A DNA stretch of 64,000 bases from an uncultured virus (IMG/VR IMGVR_UViG_3300025736_000015). Taxonomy: Duplodnaviria > Heunggongvirae > Uroviricota > Caudoviricetes. Made by a program: the position numbers and the translations under genes. Location: IMG/VR virus record IMGVR_UViG_3300025736_000015. The stretch is one strand, 5' to 3'. The notes under the pieces are model-generated. The model worked only from the letters and a program-made list of their open reading frames with translations, did no database searches and was not told the DNA's origin. Of this stretch, positions 8,860 through 18,761 are shown one piece after another (position 1 is the stretch's first letter; each line of letters starts with the position of its first letter).

Positions 8860-9030
8860 ATGAAAAAGATGAATGTCAGAGATATATTGAAAGAGCATCA
8901 GAAGTTAAAAACATTAGCAGAGAATGCAATGAATCATATCGGTGATTCAAGTAGAAATATTTCTAAGGACTCAAAGGACATAGAGGCATATTACATATTT
9001 CTTAACAGGAAATTGGATTATGCAAAATAG
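8860..9030 (+). CDS. Small hypothetical protein (56 aa)
   Basis: GAGGAG SD; MKKMNVRDILKEHQKLK... Confidence 0.5.
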   Translation: MKKMNVRDILKEHQKLKTLAENAMNHIGDSSRNISKDSKDIEAYYIFLNRKLDYAK

Positions 9031-9065
9031 GAAAAATAATATACTGTTAGTGAGATAGGAATAGT

Positions 9066-9812
9066 ATGGTAGTTGATGCGTTTAAATATAAGATGCTTGC
9101 TGGTTTGTTTGACCTTGCGGGACAAGTAATATCTAGTCAGATAACCAATCCTAATTGGGATGAACAAGAAAAAGCTATGAATAGATATTATACTGACGCT
9201 AAACAGGTGGCAAGGGGTTCTAGTGAAAAAGAGTTAGTTGAAACAAAAAGAAAAATAGATAAGATAGTTCCTGAATTGGAAAAAAAAGCTGAAGAGGCAT
9301 ATCATGAAACAATTCCTTCATCAGATTTAACTCCTGAAAAGATTTCAGGTGGAGTGGCTTGTTTACCTTGCAGTCGTGACCATTTCAGTATGGTATCAGG
9401 AGATTTAAATGAGGCAGTGCGTTTTGCTTTAAGAGATGGTATAGGAAGTGAAGAAGTCCAAAAAAGAGTAGGACATTCGCTTGACGAATTAAATGCATTA
9501 GAACGTTGGGATTTAGCTTCTGAAAATATTGTAAATCTAAAGGGAAAAGAAAAACAACTTGCTGAATATGCTTTATCAAAATCAAGAGAGCTACGTCACG
9601 ATATTACTGAAATCAAATCAACTGATGGTCTTGAAAGAGCATCTGCTAAAGCTTCGGAGCTTAGAACAGAATTTATGCGTAATCTTTGGGATATTGCTAC
9701 AATTGATGGAAGCGTTTCAAAGCTTTGTGAAAGGTTTGATGGAGAAGAAAAAGCTCGATGTATGAATGTGATTGATGAAGTATTGTTAAATAAAAAAATA
9801 AATCCACCATAA
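9066..9812 (+). CDS. Alpha-helical hypothetical protein with CxxCxxxH motif
   Basis: ACLPCSRDHF followed by helical heptads. Confidence 0.7.
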   Translation: MVVDAFKYKMLAGLFDLAGQVISSQITNPNWDEQEKAMNRYYTDAKQVARGSSEKELVETKRKIDKIVPELEKKAEEAYHETIPSSDLTPEKISGGVACLPCSRDHFSMVSGDLNEAVRFALRDGIGSEEVQKRVGHSLDELNALERWDLASENIVNLKGKEKQLAEYALSKSRELRHDITEIKSTDGLERASAKASELRTEFMRNLWDIATIDGSVSKLCERFDGEEKARCMNVIDEVLLNKKINPP

Positions 9813-9958
9813 GTGGTATATTGGTGATATTGAAATGAATATATGGATATATTTTGTATTAGCAATCGCTTTTTTTTATGCAGGTTATGTAACTTATTAT
9901 TGGTATAAAGTTATACTAAAAAACATATTTAAAAAAGGTTGAACTTAGGCGATTAAAA

Positions 9959-10294
9959 ATGGCTGTGAAGGTTAAATTAAGAGGAAATCAAAAAGCAATG
10001 GTTAGATTTACAAATCAAATGGATGAGCAATACTTTATTCATATATTGAGACAGCATCGTGATGATAAACAGGCACATCCAGCAATATCTATTAAATCAA
10101 TAAGCGGTAACGAGCTTCCAAGGATGCCAAAACCTATGCCAATGCCTAATAGACCAGAAGGCATCCCAAATGTAGGTATGCCTGTTCAACCAGTTGTTTC
10201 AGGAGCAACACCAAAACTTGTTGAGATGGCAGGAAAAGGTGCTATCAAGGGTATGGAAGTTGGAATAAAAAAAGCAGAAGCGGTTAAAGAATGA
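9959..10294 (+). CDS. Hypothetical Pro-rich protein
   Basis: 111-aa ORF. Confidence 0.6.
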   Translation: MAVKVKLRGNQKAMVRFTNQMDEQYFIHILRQHRDDKQAHPAISIKSISGNELPRMPKPMPMPNRPEGIPNVGMPVQPVVSGATPKLVEMAGKGAIKGMEVGIKKAEAVKE

Positions 10295-10502
10295 ATTGGC
10301 TTGAAATTTTTTTAGGTGGTGCCATAGAAGGGTTAGGTATGTGGCTTGTGATGACTGGGCTGGGGATAGGTCCTATTTTTATTTTTAGAAAACGTATAAT
10401 AAAATTTGTAGCAAAGCTATGGGTAGATATAAAAGAAGAATCTATTAAAAAACCATAAAATTTATATAGCAACCTATCTATACAGTTTTTATTGATTTTA
10501 AA

Positions 10503-10709
10503 ATGAACGAAGAAGATTTTATAATAACATCGCCCATTGAAAAAAAGATTATCCTGGATTTTAGAAAAAAACTTAAAAAAGGTACTTTATTAAAGTGTCC
10601 TAAATGTAAACATATTTGGGTTTATGGTGGTAAAAGCAAGAGATACACTTCTTGTTCAAAATGTTTATATGGTTCAGTTAATATTGAGCGTCATAAGGTG
10701 AAGGCATAA
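10503..10709 (+). CDS. Zn-ribbon protein of archaeal virus type
   Basis: KCPKCKHIW.Y.GKS.....CSKC. Confidence 0.65.
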   Translation: MNEEDFIITSPIEKKIILDFRKKLKKGTLLKCPKCKHIWVYGGKSKRYTSCSKCLYGSVNIERHKVKA

Positions 10710-10945
10710 TGGAAAAGATTGTACCAAAAAAAGTATTGAAAGAAGCAAAGGTAGCGATGAGACAATGCGGTCATCCTTTTTATCCAACCTTTGATTGCAT
10801 CTCTCAAGACGGGAAGATGGTAACTAGTTATTGTCTTTATTGTATCATAGAGCGTCTTGGTATAGACCCTTGTGCTCAATGTACTGTTGATAAACCAGAG
10901 GATTGGCAAGACCCATCTAAAATCAAATGGAAGTTTAACAAGTAG
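10709..10945 (+). CDS. Small Cys-rich hypothetical protein
   Basis: CGH...CLYC; overlapping stop/start. Confidence 0.55.
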   Translation: MEKIVPKKVLKEAKVAMRQCGHPFYPTFDCISQDGKMVTSYCLYCIIERLGIDPCAQCTVDKPEDWQDPSKIKWKFNK

Positions 10946-10976
10946 GTTGTTGTTCTAAATTAGGAGTTAAAGGAAA

Positions 10977-11525
10977 ATGAAATATGATATAGTATATGCT
11001 GACCCACCGTGGCAACAAAATAAAGGTGGGTTGCGTAAATGTAGACCTAATCAAAAAAGAGAACTTGATTATACTACATTATCATTAGAAGAAATAAAAA
11101 ATATAATTAAAAAGTATGATGCTAATATTTTATTTATGTGGACTATTGATAAATATTTATTTAATGCTGAAAAAATTGCAAAGGATTTAGGATATAATCT
11201 TCATGCTCGTATCATATGGGATAAAACAAATGGTATTGCACCTGCATTTACAATAAGATTTTGCCATGAATATTTGCTTTGGTTTTATAAAAAGTTTATA
11301 CCTATTGATAAAAAACAAAGAGGCAGATGGAAAAGTGTTATAACAGAAAAATCTACAAAACATAGTGTTAAACCAAATATTGTTTATAATATGATTGAAA
11401 GTTTTTATCCAGATGCAAAAAAAATAGAATTATTTGCAAGGGAAAGATATGATGGTTGGGATTGTTTTGGTAATGAGTTATCTAATACAATTCAAAGAAA
11501 GATAAATTACAAATTCATGGTTTAA
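10977..11525 (+). CDS. MT-A70 family N6-adenine methyltransferase
   Basis: KYDIVYADPPW, LFMW, IIWDK, HSVKP, KIELFARE...GWDCFGNE. Confidence 0.9.
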   Translation: MKYDIVYADPPWQQNKGGLRKCRPNQKRELDYTTLSLEEIKNIIKKYDANILFMWTIDKYLFNAEKIAKDLGYNLHARIIWDKTNGIAPAFTIRFCHEYLLWFYKKFIPIDKKQRGRWKSVITEKSTKHSVKPNIVYNMIESFYPDAKKIELFARERYDGWDCFGNELSNTIQRKINYKFMV

Positions 11526-11538
11526 AGGAGAGATAAGA

Positions 11539-11763
11539 GTGATAACAGATATAGTTCATGCAGGAATAGATAATGGTTCTATCTGGGGTTATGCTTGTAA
11601 CATGGCTTGTGGATACCATGTACATAAACTTGATTTTAGTTGGAAACATGTTACTTGTAAAAATTGTTTGAATCTGATTAAAAAACATGAAAGAATTGAA
11701 AGAGATAACGGGGAAGTCTTGCTTGGTTCTAAATTAAGAGGACATGGAAATGACATTCTATAA
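11539..11763 (+). CDS. Small Zn-finger-like protein
   Basis: VH....YAC...W..VTCKNCL; AGGAG SD. Confidence 0.55.
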   Translation: MITDIVHAGIDNGSIWGYACNMACGYHVHKLDFSWKHVTCKNCLNLIKKHERIERDNGEVLLGSKLRGHGNDIL

Positions 11764-12016
11764 ATGTGGACATGGAAGAAAAAAGATATTCATTCGTAAA
11801 AATTTAGTTGATTATCTTCTTTATATGAGATGGAAAGAATCAACTGGTTTTGAAGGTGATAAATCAGAATGTTTTCAATGTTTTTATAATAGAGATAAAT
11901 TAAAACTTAGTATTTAGGATATAAAAAATTTCCAAAAAATGGAAGTAATATTTAAATATTTTCCATAAAAAAAGAAAAAGATTTAAATTTGAATAAAAGT
12001 TAAGGGCAATGATAAT

Positions 12017-12235
12017 ATGATTGACTTATATGGTGCAGACTCTTGCACAGAATGTAAAATAGCAAAGATGTGGATGCAGAAAACACCGATAGAGTTCAGA
12101 TATATTGATGTATCAACAATACCAGGTTTTGAAGGACCAATACCAATGCTTATGACTGAAGATGGACGAGAGCTTGTCGGGATGGGGCAAATAAAACAAT
12201 ATGTAAACCAAAAACTATCTGAGATGGGGTATTAG
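12017..12235 (+). CDS. Glutaredoxin/NrdH-like thioredoxin-fold protein
   Basis: LYGADSCTECK..K.......F.YIDV......PIPML...DG..LVG. Confidence 0.8.
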   Translation: MIDLYGADSCTECKIAKMWMQKTPIEFRYIDVSTIPGFEGPIPMLMTEDGRELVGMGQIKQYVNQKLSEMGY

Positions 12236-12237
12236 TC

Positions 12238-12498
12238 TTGGCTGTGATGAAATATTATAAAGAGCTTGAATCCCAGAAGAAGCGAAATAAATATCTGCGT
12301 TGGAATGAAAAACGGATAGAAACATCTGAGGAAGCTCTTAAACAAAATACTAAACAGATACTTTGTCAAAGGATGCATAACTGTAGAAATAAAGAAACAC
12401 AACGATGTTTTTATTGTAGCAGGAACAAGGCTCGTTCAATTACTATACAGGCAAAAGATTATTACATACCAAAAATAGAAGGATTAAAATATCTATAG
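12238..12498 (+). CDS. Hypothetical Cys-containing protein
   Basis: C..C.....CFYCSRN. Confidence 0.55.
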   Translation: MAVMKYYKELESQKKRNKYLRWNEKRIETSEEALKQNTKQILCQRMHNCRNKETQRCFYCSRNKARSITIQAKDYYIPKIEGLKYL

Positions 12499-12508
12499 GA
12501 GAAAAAAA

Positions 12509-12709
12509 ATGTCATATTTAACTAGAGGAAGTTTGTTAGGCTTGTTTTTTATGGTTCTTTTATTACCAATTATACCTGTTACATTACTCTGGAATTTTAT
12601 AGGTCCCTCTTCTGTTTGGGAGTCTATAGCACTTATAATAATATCATTTTTTGTGTATATTGCAGTTTTTATTATCGAAATCTTTGTTCTGTTTATTTTA
12701 TGTGACTGA
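12509..12709 (+). CDS. Small two-TM membrane protein
   Basis: Two hydrophobic segments; GGAG SD. Confidence 0.6.
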   Translation: MSYLTRGSLLGLFFMVLLLPIIPVTLLWNFIGPSSVWESIALIIISFFVYIAVFIIEIFVLFILCD

Positions 12710-12783
12710 AAAACTACTGCTCTTAAAGTTTTTGGATATACATTTATATACAGGCTAAATCTTTTTCGTTATTGTGAGCAATT

Positions 12784-13050
12784 ATGGATATTGACCCAGA
12801 ACTTGTTGCGTATGTAGCTACAATTCTTATGACTCTTGCTGCTACCTTTATGGGGAAGAAATGGCAAGGTTTAAAAGATAAATTTGCGGACAGTCAGATT
12901 ATTTCTTTTAAGTTTGCACAAGGGTTAAAAGTTATATCAGAATCTATTGATGATGACAACATATCTCCTGAAGAGGAACAAAACATTATTAAAGCTTGGA
13001 AGGACGTCATTGACGAGGCAGGAACATTAGTTAAAACTAGTGGAAAGTAA
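12784..13050 (+). CDS. N-terminal TM protein (holin-like architecture)
   Basis: Single TM then amphipathic helices, DDNISPEEEQ. Confidence 0.55.
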   Translation: MDIDPELVAYVATILMTLAATFMGKKWQGLKDKFADSQIISFKFAQGLKVISESIDDDNISPEEEQNIIKAWKDVIDEAGTLVKTSGK

Positions 13051-13116
13051 TCGTAACGAGGAGTTTTTTTAACATTCATTAAATATATTATGTTATGAAA
13101 GGAGGTGAAGAAAAAC

Positions 13117-13206
13117 ATGGGTATAGTAGATATAGTTAACTCTATTGATATACAAGCCGTTGTATTGCTTGCAATTGCGTACTTCTATTTCAAAACTAAA
13201 AAGTAA
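13117..13206 (+). CDS. Micro membrane protein (29 aa)
   Basis: Strong GGAGGTGA SD; MGIVDIVNSIDIQAVVLLAIAYFYFKTKK. Confidence 0.55.
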   Translation: MGIVDIVNSIDIQAVVLLAIAYFYFKTKK

Positions 13207-13211
13207 GGGAT

Positions 13212-13224
13212 TGTCAAAGTGACA
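13212..13224. promoter_or_regulatory. TGWCA-N3-TGWCA box (palindromic form)
   Basis: TGTCA-AAG-TGACA abutting BRE/TATA AAAAGTTTAAAT. Confidence 0.75.
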
Positions 13225-13266
13225 AAAAGTTTAAATCCCTATTCTTTATTTAAGATAGTGGTATAA

Positions 13267-13731
13267 ATGGATAATGATGAAAAACCAAAGGAAAAAAAGA
13301 AACTAGATAAATTCAATGCTATAATATTGGTTATTTTAATAGTTGTAGCTGGGTTTATGTTTCTTGGTGGAGATGTTGAAGACATCACAGATTATTTTAA
13401 TCCTCCTGAACCAGAAATCGATGCAACTGTGGAGATGTATCGATTTATTGATTTGTCTAGTGATACAGCGATTACAGTTGAGTTATGGATAATGAACTCT
13501 GGTGAAAAAACAGCGACTGAGATACACGTGTTTGTCAGGTCGTATAATCAAGATGGAGATATACTTCATTCTGATAATGTATCAATGTTAGCTATGATAT
13601 TACGTGGAAACGAAACAACATCTGGTCTGTTTGTTCTTCCAATTACATCAGAAGACGTTGTTGTTCATCATACGGTTGAAATAACTTGGAATAGTAGTCG
13701 TAACATCTACTCTGAGACAACTATTCTATAA
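13267..13731 (+). CDS. Membrane-anchored Ig-like/beta-sandwich protein
   Basis: N-terminal TM; VELWIMNSGEKTA resembles VQVWVHNSGGQG of ORF 3569. Confidence 0.7.
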   Translation: MDNDEKPKEKKKLDKFNAIILVILIVVAGFMFLGGDVEDITDYFNPPEPEIDATVEMYRFIDLSSDTAITVELWIMNSGEKTATEIHVFVRSYNQDGDILHSDNVSMLAMILRGNETTSGLFVLPITSEDVVVHHTVEITWNSSRNIYSETTIL

Positions 13732-13738
13732 TTTTTTT

Positions 13739-13789
13739 TAATCAAAAAACTTAAATGCTTCACATTCTATTTTGGTTTCAAGGTGAAGT
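13739..13789 (+). repeat. Duplicated promoter/leader, copy 1
   Basis: 47/51 nt identical to 14563-14613. Confidence 0.85.
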
Positions 13790-13792
13790 GTT

Positions 13793-14548
13793 TTGGTTAA
13801 AAGCAAGAAGAAAATATTAGATTGGTGGTTGATACCACATTTTTTAGCGGGATATGTTTTTGGTAGATATACCACACTTGAACCAGTGCCTTTTACATTA
13901 CTTAACGCTGGTTTTGTAACAGTTGAAGGTTATCATAAGAAAAATAAAAAAATGCCATATAATTATGTTGGCAATACAATAGCTAATTTTTTAATAATGG
14001 AAGGAGGATATGGTATTGGCCATACAGTTCAAATATTAGAATACAGACCAATGATAGAATATATCGCAGAACACAATCAAAATGATTCGCTCATTGGTGT
14101 TGAAATAGGTGTTTGGATGGGTGGCAATGCTAAAAATATTTTGAAAAAATTACCAATTAAAAAACTTTATCTTGTTGACCCATATATTCAATATGAACAA
14201 GACACAGAAGACCACCCATTTTTACCACCATTGATACCTCAAGCAAAAGGAATAGCAGAAAACAGGTTGAAACAATACAACAATGAAATAGAGTTCGTAG
14301 TCAAGCCATCAAGTGAAGGCGTTAATTATGTTCCAAATAATCTCGATTTTGTTTATATTGATGGTAATCATGCATATGATTATGTGTTAGAAGATATTGA
14401 GCTTTGGTATCCAAAAATAAAAGTAGGTGGAATAATTGGAGGTCATGATTATCATTATCATGGTGTTGAAAAAGCAGTTGGCGAGTTTGCGATGAAACAA
14501 CAAAAAATTATTTATCATGGTAATCTTGATTGGTGGATTATAAAATGA
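13793..14548 (+). CDS. Membrane domain fused to class I SAM methyltransferase (Methyltransf_24-like)
   Basis: LDWWLIPHFLAG N-domain; GVEIGVWMG, LVDPY, DFVYIDGNH.Y..V..DI..W..K.K.GG.I.GHDY. Confidence 0.85.
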   Translation: MVKSKKKILDWWLIPHFLAGYVFGRYTTLEPVPFTLLNAGFVTVEGYHKKNKKMPYNYVGNTIANFLIMEGGYGIGHTVQILEYRPMIEYIAEHNQNDSLIGVEIGVWMGGNAKNILKKLPIKKLYLVDPYIQYEQDTEDHPFLPPLIPQAKGIAENRLKQYNNEIEFVVKPSSEGVNYVPNNLDFVYIDGNHAYDYVLEDIELWYPKIKVGGIIGGHDYHYHGVEKAVGEFAMKQQKIIYHGNLDWWIIK

Positions 14549-14562
14549 GAATGTAATTAGGC

Positions 14563-14613
14563 TAATCAAAAAACTTAAATGCTTCATAGTCTATTTTAGT
14601 TTTAAGGTGAAGT
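14563..14613 (+). repeat. Duplicated promoter/leader, copy 2
   Basis: 47/51 nt identical to 13739-13789. Confidence 0.85.
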
Positions 14614-14618
14614 AGAAT

Positions 14619-14741
14619 ATGAGTAATTTAGACTCTTGGTTTCAACAAATAGAAAAGATGGGGCAAGCAGATATTATAATGGAATTTGAGGGGAAGTGGA
14701 TGACCCCTCGTCAGTATTATCAGATGAAAGGGGGAAGGTAA
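14619..14741 (+). CDS. Small protein (40 aa)
   Basis: AGGTGA SD; MSNLDSWFQQIEKMGQADIIMEFEGKWMTPRQYYQMKGGR. Confidence 0.55.
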   Translation: MSNLDSWFQQIEKMGQADIIMEFEGKWMTPRQYYQMKGGR

Positions 14742-14746
14742 AACAA

Positions 14747-15079
14747 ATGGGAAAAGCAGGGTCGGCTGCAATAGGTGGCTTAGTCGGTGCAGGGTTAGGT
14801 GCCGGAATTGGTTACCTTCTTTATACACAGGATGTGCCAGGGTCAATACCTTGTCCAGTTGACCAGATATGTCCACAATGTGGAGAGCCTCTTGATTGTG
14901 AAGATTATGGGAACAACCAATATCTTTGTGAGTGTACAAACATAATTTGTAATTATCATTGTTATGATGTTCCCCTACCATGGGGTGTGTGTCAATTATT
15001 ATATATATTGCCATCAGCAGCTCTTTTTGGAATTATAGGAGTAATTGCTGGAGCAATGTTTGGAAAATCAAATAACTAA
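14747..15079 (+). CDS. Two-TM membrane protein with Cys-rich loop
   Basis: Gly-rich TM, then CPQCG..C......C.C....C, then TM; start reassigned to ATG 14747. Confidence 0.7.
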   Translation: MGKAGSAAIGGLVGAGLGAGIGYLLYTQDVPGSIPCPVDQICPQCGEPLDCEDYGNNQYLCECTNIICNYHCYDVPLPWGVCQLLYILPSAALFGIIGVIAGAMFGKSNN

Positions 15080-15096
15080 AAATAAAAAAAGGTGAA

Positions 15097-15312
15097 ATGA
15101 AAATGTCATTTGTAGATGAAGAATATAAACAAAATTTAATAAAAAGAATGGAAGAGAGACATAGCAAGGGAGAAATGCCTGGAATATTTCAGCTTAACAG
15201 ACATTATACACCAGAGCAGATTATAGAAGAAGCTAAACGTGGGACACCAGCAGGTGAAGAGTTTCTTTATGCTGAAAAAAAACTTATGGATGAGTTAAAA
15301 AAACGGATGTAA
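15097..15312 (+). CDS. Small hypothetical protein
   Basis: AGGTGA SD. Confidence 0.65.
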   Translation: MKMSFVDEEYKQNLIKRMEERHSKGEMPGIFQLNRHYTPEQIIEEAKRGTPAGEEFLYAEKKLMDELKKRM

Positions 15313-15317
15313 AAGCT

Positions 15318-16178
15318 ATGCCAAATCCAGAAAATATGATGTTTGTTCGACCAAGGAATTGTCACTATTGTGAGCATGGTTATAATGCACTTGCACATAT
15401 GGTAAATTATGCTCAGCAGAAAGGAGCATGGAATATAACTGATTTACATGATACGCAGGCCGATAAGATACCCGTTTATGATGCTATTGACCAGACAGAC
15501 CCTTTTGCTTTTTATGGTTTTGGTCATGGTAATAATTGTGTATATACTGGCGATAGCGAAGAATCAATATTTACCTGTAATGAATGCAATAGGTTATCTG
15601 GTCGTGTTGTTTATCTTCTTTCTTGTCTTACTGCAGGGGGTCTTGGTCCTGCGATAATTGAACAGGGTGCTCTTGCCTATGCGGGTTTTAATGTTAGTTG
15701 GACTTGGGTTGCGGATACGGATGAGAGTGATGAGTTTGTTTATCCTGACCCATATAATGACCCATATGCATATGGTTTTTATGAGAGTGCAAACGAGCTA
15801 TGGAAGGCATTAGTAGATGGAAAAACTTTTCAAGAAGCAGTTCAGCAAAGCATAAATAAATATGATGAATGGATTGATTACTGGTATTATACTTCCCCAG
15901 AAGACCCTGCATCCCAGGATTGTATTATGTGGCTTGCCCATGACCGAGATGGTCTAGTAGCTTTGGATGTTTGTGATACATTAACAACTGAAGAAGAATG
16001 TGGAACACATGGTTGTTATTGGTATGAAAACTGTTGTCATAGTTCACCAGCACAAATATTTTCAGGAAATGTGGCAACAATTGCAATTACTATAGGCGTT
16101 ATAGGGTTAGCATTTGTTGCATATTATATACAATCACAGAAAGACGAAGCACCATACAAAACAAAAGCAACGAGTTAA
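15318..16178 (+). CDS. Caspase/gingipain-fold (clan CD, C25-like) cysteine peptidase + 1 Cys/Trp repeat + C-terminal TM anchor
   Basis: FYGFGHG ... VVYLLSCLT (His/Cys dyad) ... GALAYAGF; CGTHGCYWYENCCH; hydrophobic tail. Confidence 0.75.
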   Translation: MPNPENMMFVRPRNCHYCEHGYNALAHMVNYAQQKGAWNITDLHDTQADKIPVYDAIDQTDPFAFYGFGHGNNCVYTGDSEESIFTCNECNRLSGRVVYLLSCLTAGGLGPAIIEQGALAYAGFNVSWTWVADTDESDEFVYPDPYNDPYAYGFYESANELWKALVDGKTFQEAVQQSINKYDEWIDYWYYTSPEDPASQDCIMWLAHDRDGLVALDVCDTLTTEEECGTHGCYWYENCCHSSPAQIFSGNVATIAITIGVIGLAFVAYYIQSQKDEAPYKTKATS

Positions 16179-16241
16179 CTTTTTCCAGACACTAACTTTT
16201 TATACTTTTAATATCATTATATTTCTTGGTGAAGTGATTTA

Positions 16242-16958
16242 ATGTTTGAAAATATTTTAACTACACGAATAGGAAATATAACGCATTTAGGATATGTGGC
16301 ACCACAATATGCAGACCCAAGCCTACAATTTGGTACTTGCAATTTAGTAGCGGAATTTATTCCATGCACTGAAAAAGGTGGCAGTTTTTTTGAAATAACA
16401 AATAATGGCGATGCACACAATGAATGTGTTATAGCATATTCTATAGCGGGGCATACTCCTGAAGGTGAAGTGGGTATTGTGGGTGAACCTTTTCCACTGA
16501 CGACAGGCGAAACTGTAAATCTTGAAGTTGTTGCTCATTTTGCTACAGATTATTGGACACAAGATGAAACCATTACTATGACTTTTTATGTTGGTTGGAT
16601 GAGCGGTCCGTCTGAGGTATCAACTACCGACTCAAGAGAGCTTCAAACCTTTATTAATGCAGGTGGCACAACACCACCTATTTGTTCAACATATACTGAC
16701 TCAATTTCTTGTACAACTGCAGGTTGCTTTTGGTGTGATGGGGTATGCCAGAGCGAACAGTGTGATACACCATCTACTGATTGTGAGGAACATAAAACCA
16801 AATCATTATGTGAAACCGCTAATTGTTTTTGGTATCCTTATCCAAATCCAATTGGTGACCCATCTTGTCATGACCAAGAGATGTATATGAAATATCTTCC
16901 TTTTATAATCGTAGGTGTTGGTGGTGTAGTTGTACTAATGGCAATGATGAAGAGATGA
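16242..16958 (+). CDS. Ig-like head + 2 Cys/Trp repeats + C-terminal TM anchor
   Basis: FEITNNGD beta-domain; GCFWCDGVC; NCFWYPYPNPIG; LPFIIVGVGGVVVL. Confidence 0.8.
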   Translation: MFENILTTRIGNITHLGYVAPQYADPSLQFGTCNLVAEFIPCTEKGGSFFEITNNGDAHNECVIAYSIAGHTPEGEVGIVGEPFPLTTGETVNLEVVAHFATDYWTQDETITMTFYVGWMSGPSEVSTTDSRELQTFINAGGTTPPICSTYTDSISCTTAGCFWCDGVCQSEQCDTPSTDCEEHKTKSLCETANCFWYPYPNPIGDPSCHDQEMYMKYLPFIIVGVGGVVVLMAMMKR

Positions 16959-16965
16959 AAAAATT

Positions 16966-17934
16966 ATGGACAAACAGTCTTTATTAATGGGTGGTGTATT
17001 CCTTGCTGCAGGCGGGATTGCTTATTATTATTTATCCCAAATGCAAAATGATAATGGAAATGGTAACGGAACTTCAACTTGTTCTGATTATACTAATGCA
17101 GAACAGTGTGCCAATCATGATTGTTATTGGTATAATAATAGTTGCCATTCTGATGCTCCAGTATGTTCTGATTATGTTAATCAAACAGCATGCCAAAATG
17201 CAGGTTGCTATTGGTGTGATGGAGTATGTCAGAGCGAACAGTGTGGAACACCAACCACTGGTTGCGAAGAAATCGGATTTAATTGTTATCCAAGTATAAA
17301 TGGATGGCAAGTGTGTGACCCTTATACAAATAATCTTTGCAAATGTGATGGCTCTAATTGGAATCTTGTTGAAGAAAATAGTTCTATTTGTATAAATGAC
17401 ATTAGCTACCAAAAATGTGGCGTCAACGAAAGTCAGAGTGTAATGTGTTTTCCATATATGGGTTACGGCTCTGATGAATGTGATGAAGTAACGGATGGTT
17501 GTAGTTGTGCCACGGGAAACTGTCCAGCTGACCAGATGTGTGCTCGGAGTAATAAATGTGTTAGAAAATCTAATGGTGAAACATATACTCAGAGTTGTAG
17601 TGGATATGAAATTGAAACACCACATGGGCTTGAACATTGGTGTAGTAAAGACATAGGCGTAGCAAGAATAGCACAAACAATGCTAGGTGGACAAATATAT
17701 TACAAATGGGCAGGATGGGGTGATATTATACACTATGGTGTCGACCTATGGTATGATGGACAATGGAATAGGATTCTTGAAAGAAGTGCTCCGACTGTTG
17801 GAGATTGGGGTGTAATAACAATTGAACCAGCACTTTTTTCAAGTGCAATACCTTTTTCATATATTAGTGTTGGGGTAAATTCAGGAGTATCAAATGTTCA
17901 TATTAGAAGTTGGGGTTTAACATTTAAATATTAA
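16966..17934 (+). CDS. N-terminal TM + 2 Cys/Trp repeats + Cys-rich region + C-terminal beta domain
   Basis: LLMGGVFLAAGGIAYYYL; DCYWYNNSCH; GCYWCDGVC. Confidence 0.8.
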   Translation: MDKQSLLMGGVFLAAGGIAYYYLSQMQNDNGNGNGTSTCSDYTNAEQCANHDCYWYNNSCHSDAPVCSDYVNQTACQNAGCYWCDGVCQSEQCGTPTTGCEEIGFNCYPSINGWQVCDPYTNNLCKCDGSNWNLVEENSSICINDISYQKCGVNESQSVMCFPYMGYGSDECDEVTDGCSCATGNCPADQMCARSNKCVRKSNGETYTQSCSGYEIETPHGLEHWCSKDIGVARIAQTMLGGQIYYKWAGWGDIIHYGVDLWYDGQWNRILERSAPTVGDWGVITIEPALFSSAIPFSYISVGVNSGVSNVHIRSWGLTFKY

Positions 17935-17957
17935 AAAAAGGTGTAGGTGAAATAAAA

Positions 17958-18674
17958 ATGAATTTAAAAACAAAAACAGATTATGAGGCTAATGGAATAC
18001 TTGTTAGAGAACTTGCTTCTCCTGACCCGCATTTTAGAACTAAAATATTTACTACGGTTCCAGGTAGTTATGAAAAACCATATTACAATGCTATGTATGA
18101 AATCCCAAATTCTTTGAATAACAATGATGAATTTGATATGAATGCGTATGCTCTTCCTGCCAGTGGTCGAAGAGATTGTGATGCAATCATTTGGAATTTA
18201 AGTCCAGGACTTAGTAACAATAGCAAGTTAACAGAAGAACGGTCATTAGGACTTATCGCTCTTGTCACAATAATACTTATTATAATTGGTGCTATTCTTA
18301 TTCTTGCTTGTATATATTCTATAGTTGATTTGCTTTTTAACCCGCATCCATGTGGCCCACAAGGGGACATAGAGTCAATCAATGAATGTTACAAAAAAAT
18401 TATCTTTCCTGATTGTTCTTGGAAATGGTTTAATAGTTGTGCGGGTCCAGATGAGAACGGTGATGGGATACCTGATGGTGTAGTTGAAGATGAGGGTGAC
18501 CCACCACCAGACTACGGAACACTGATTCTTTATGGTGCATTAGCGATAGGTGGGGTACTTGTTTTAATGACGCTTTTGAAAAGTAGAGGGAAAGAAGCAT
18601 ATTATTCGGAACATCCAGGACGTCGCCCAGAACCAAAGCAGGGGTATTTATCACGTAAATGGTACGGAGATTAA
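17958..18674 (+). CDS. Two-TM membrane protein with Cys-containing loop and DxNxDG Ca-binding-like motif
   Basis: TM LGLIALVTIILIII..; DENGDGIPD; second TM LILYGALAIGGVLVL. Confidence 0.75.
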   Translation: MNLKTKTDYEANGILVRELASPDPHFRTKIFTTVPGSYEKPYYNAMYEIPNSLNNNDEFDMNAYALPASGRRDCDAIIWNLSPGLSNNSKLTEERSLGLIALVTIILIIIGAILILACIYSIVDLLFNPHPCGPQGDIESINECYKKIIFPDCSWKWFNSCAGPDENGDGIPDGVVEDEGDPPPDYGTLILYGALAIGGVLVLMTLLKSRGKEAYYSEHPGRRPEPKQGYLSRKWYGD

Positions 18675-18761
18675 AAGACAATCTCTTAATTTTTTTTCTT
18701 TTTTTTCATTCAAAAGTTTAAAATACTTAGTGTTACATTTATTAAATTGGTGAAGTGAAAA

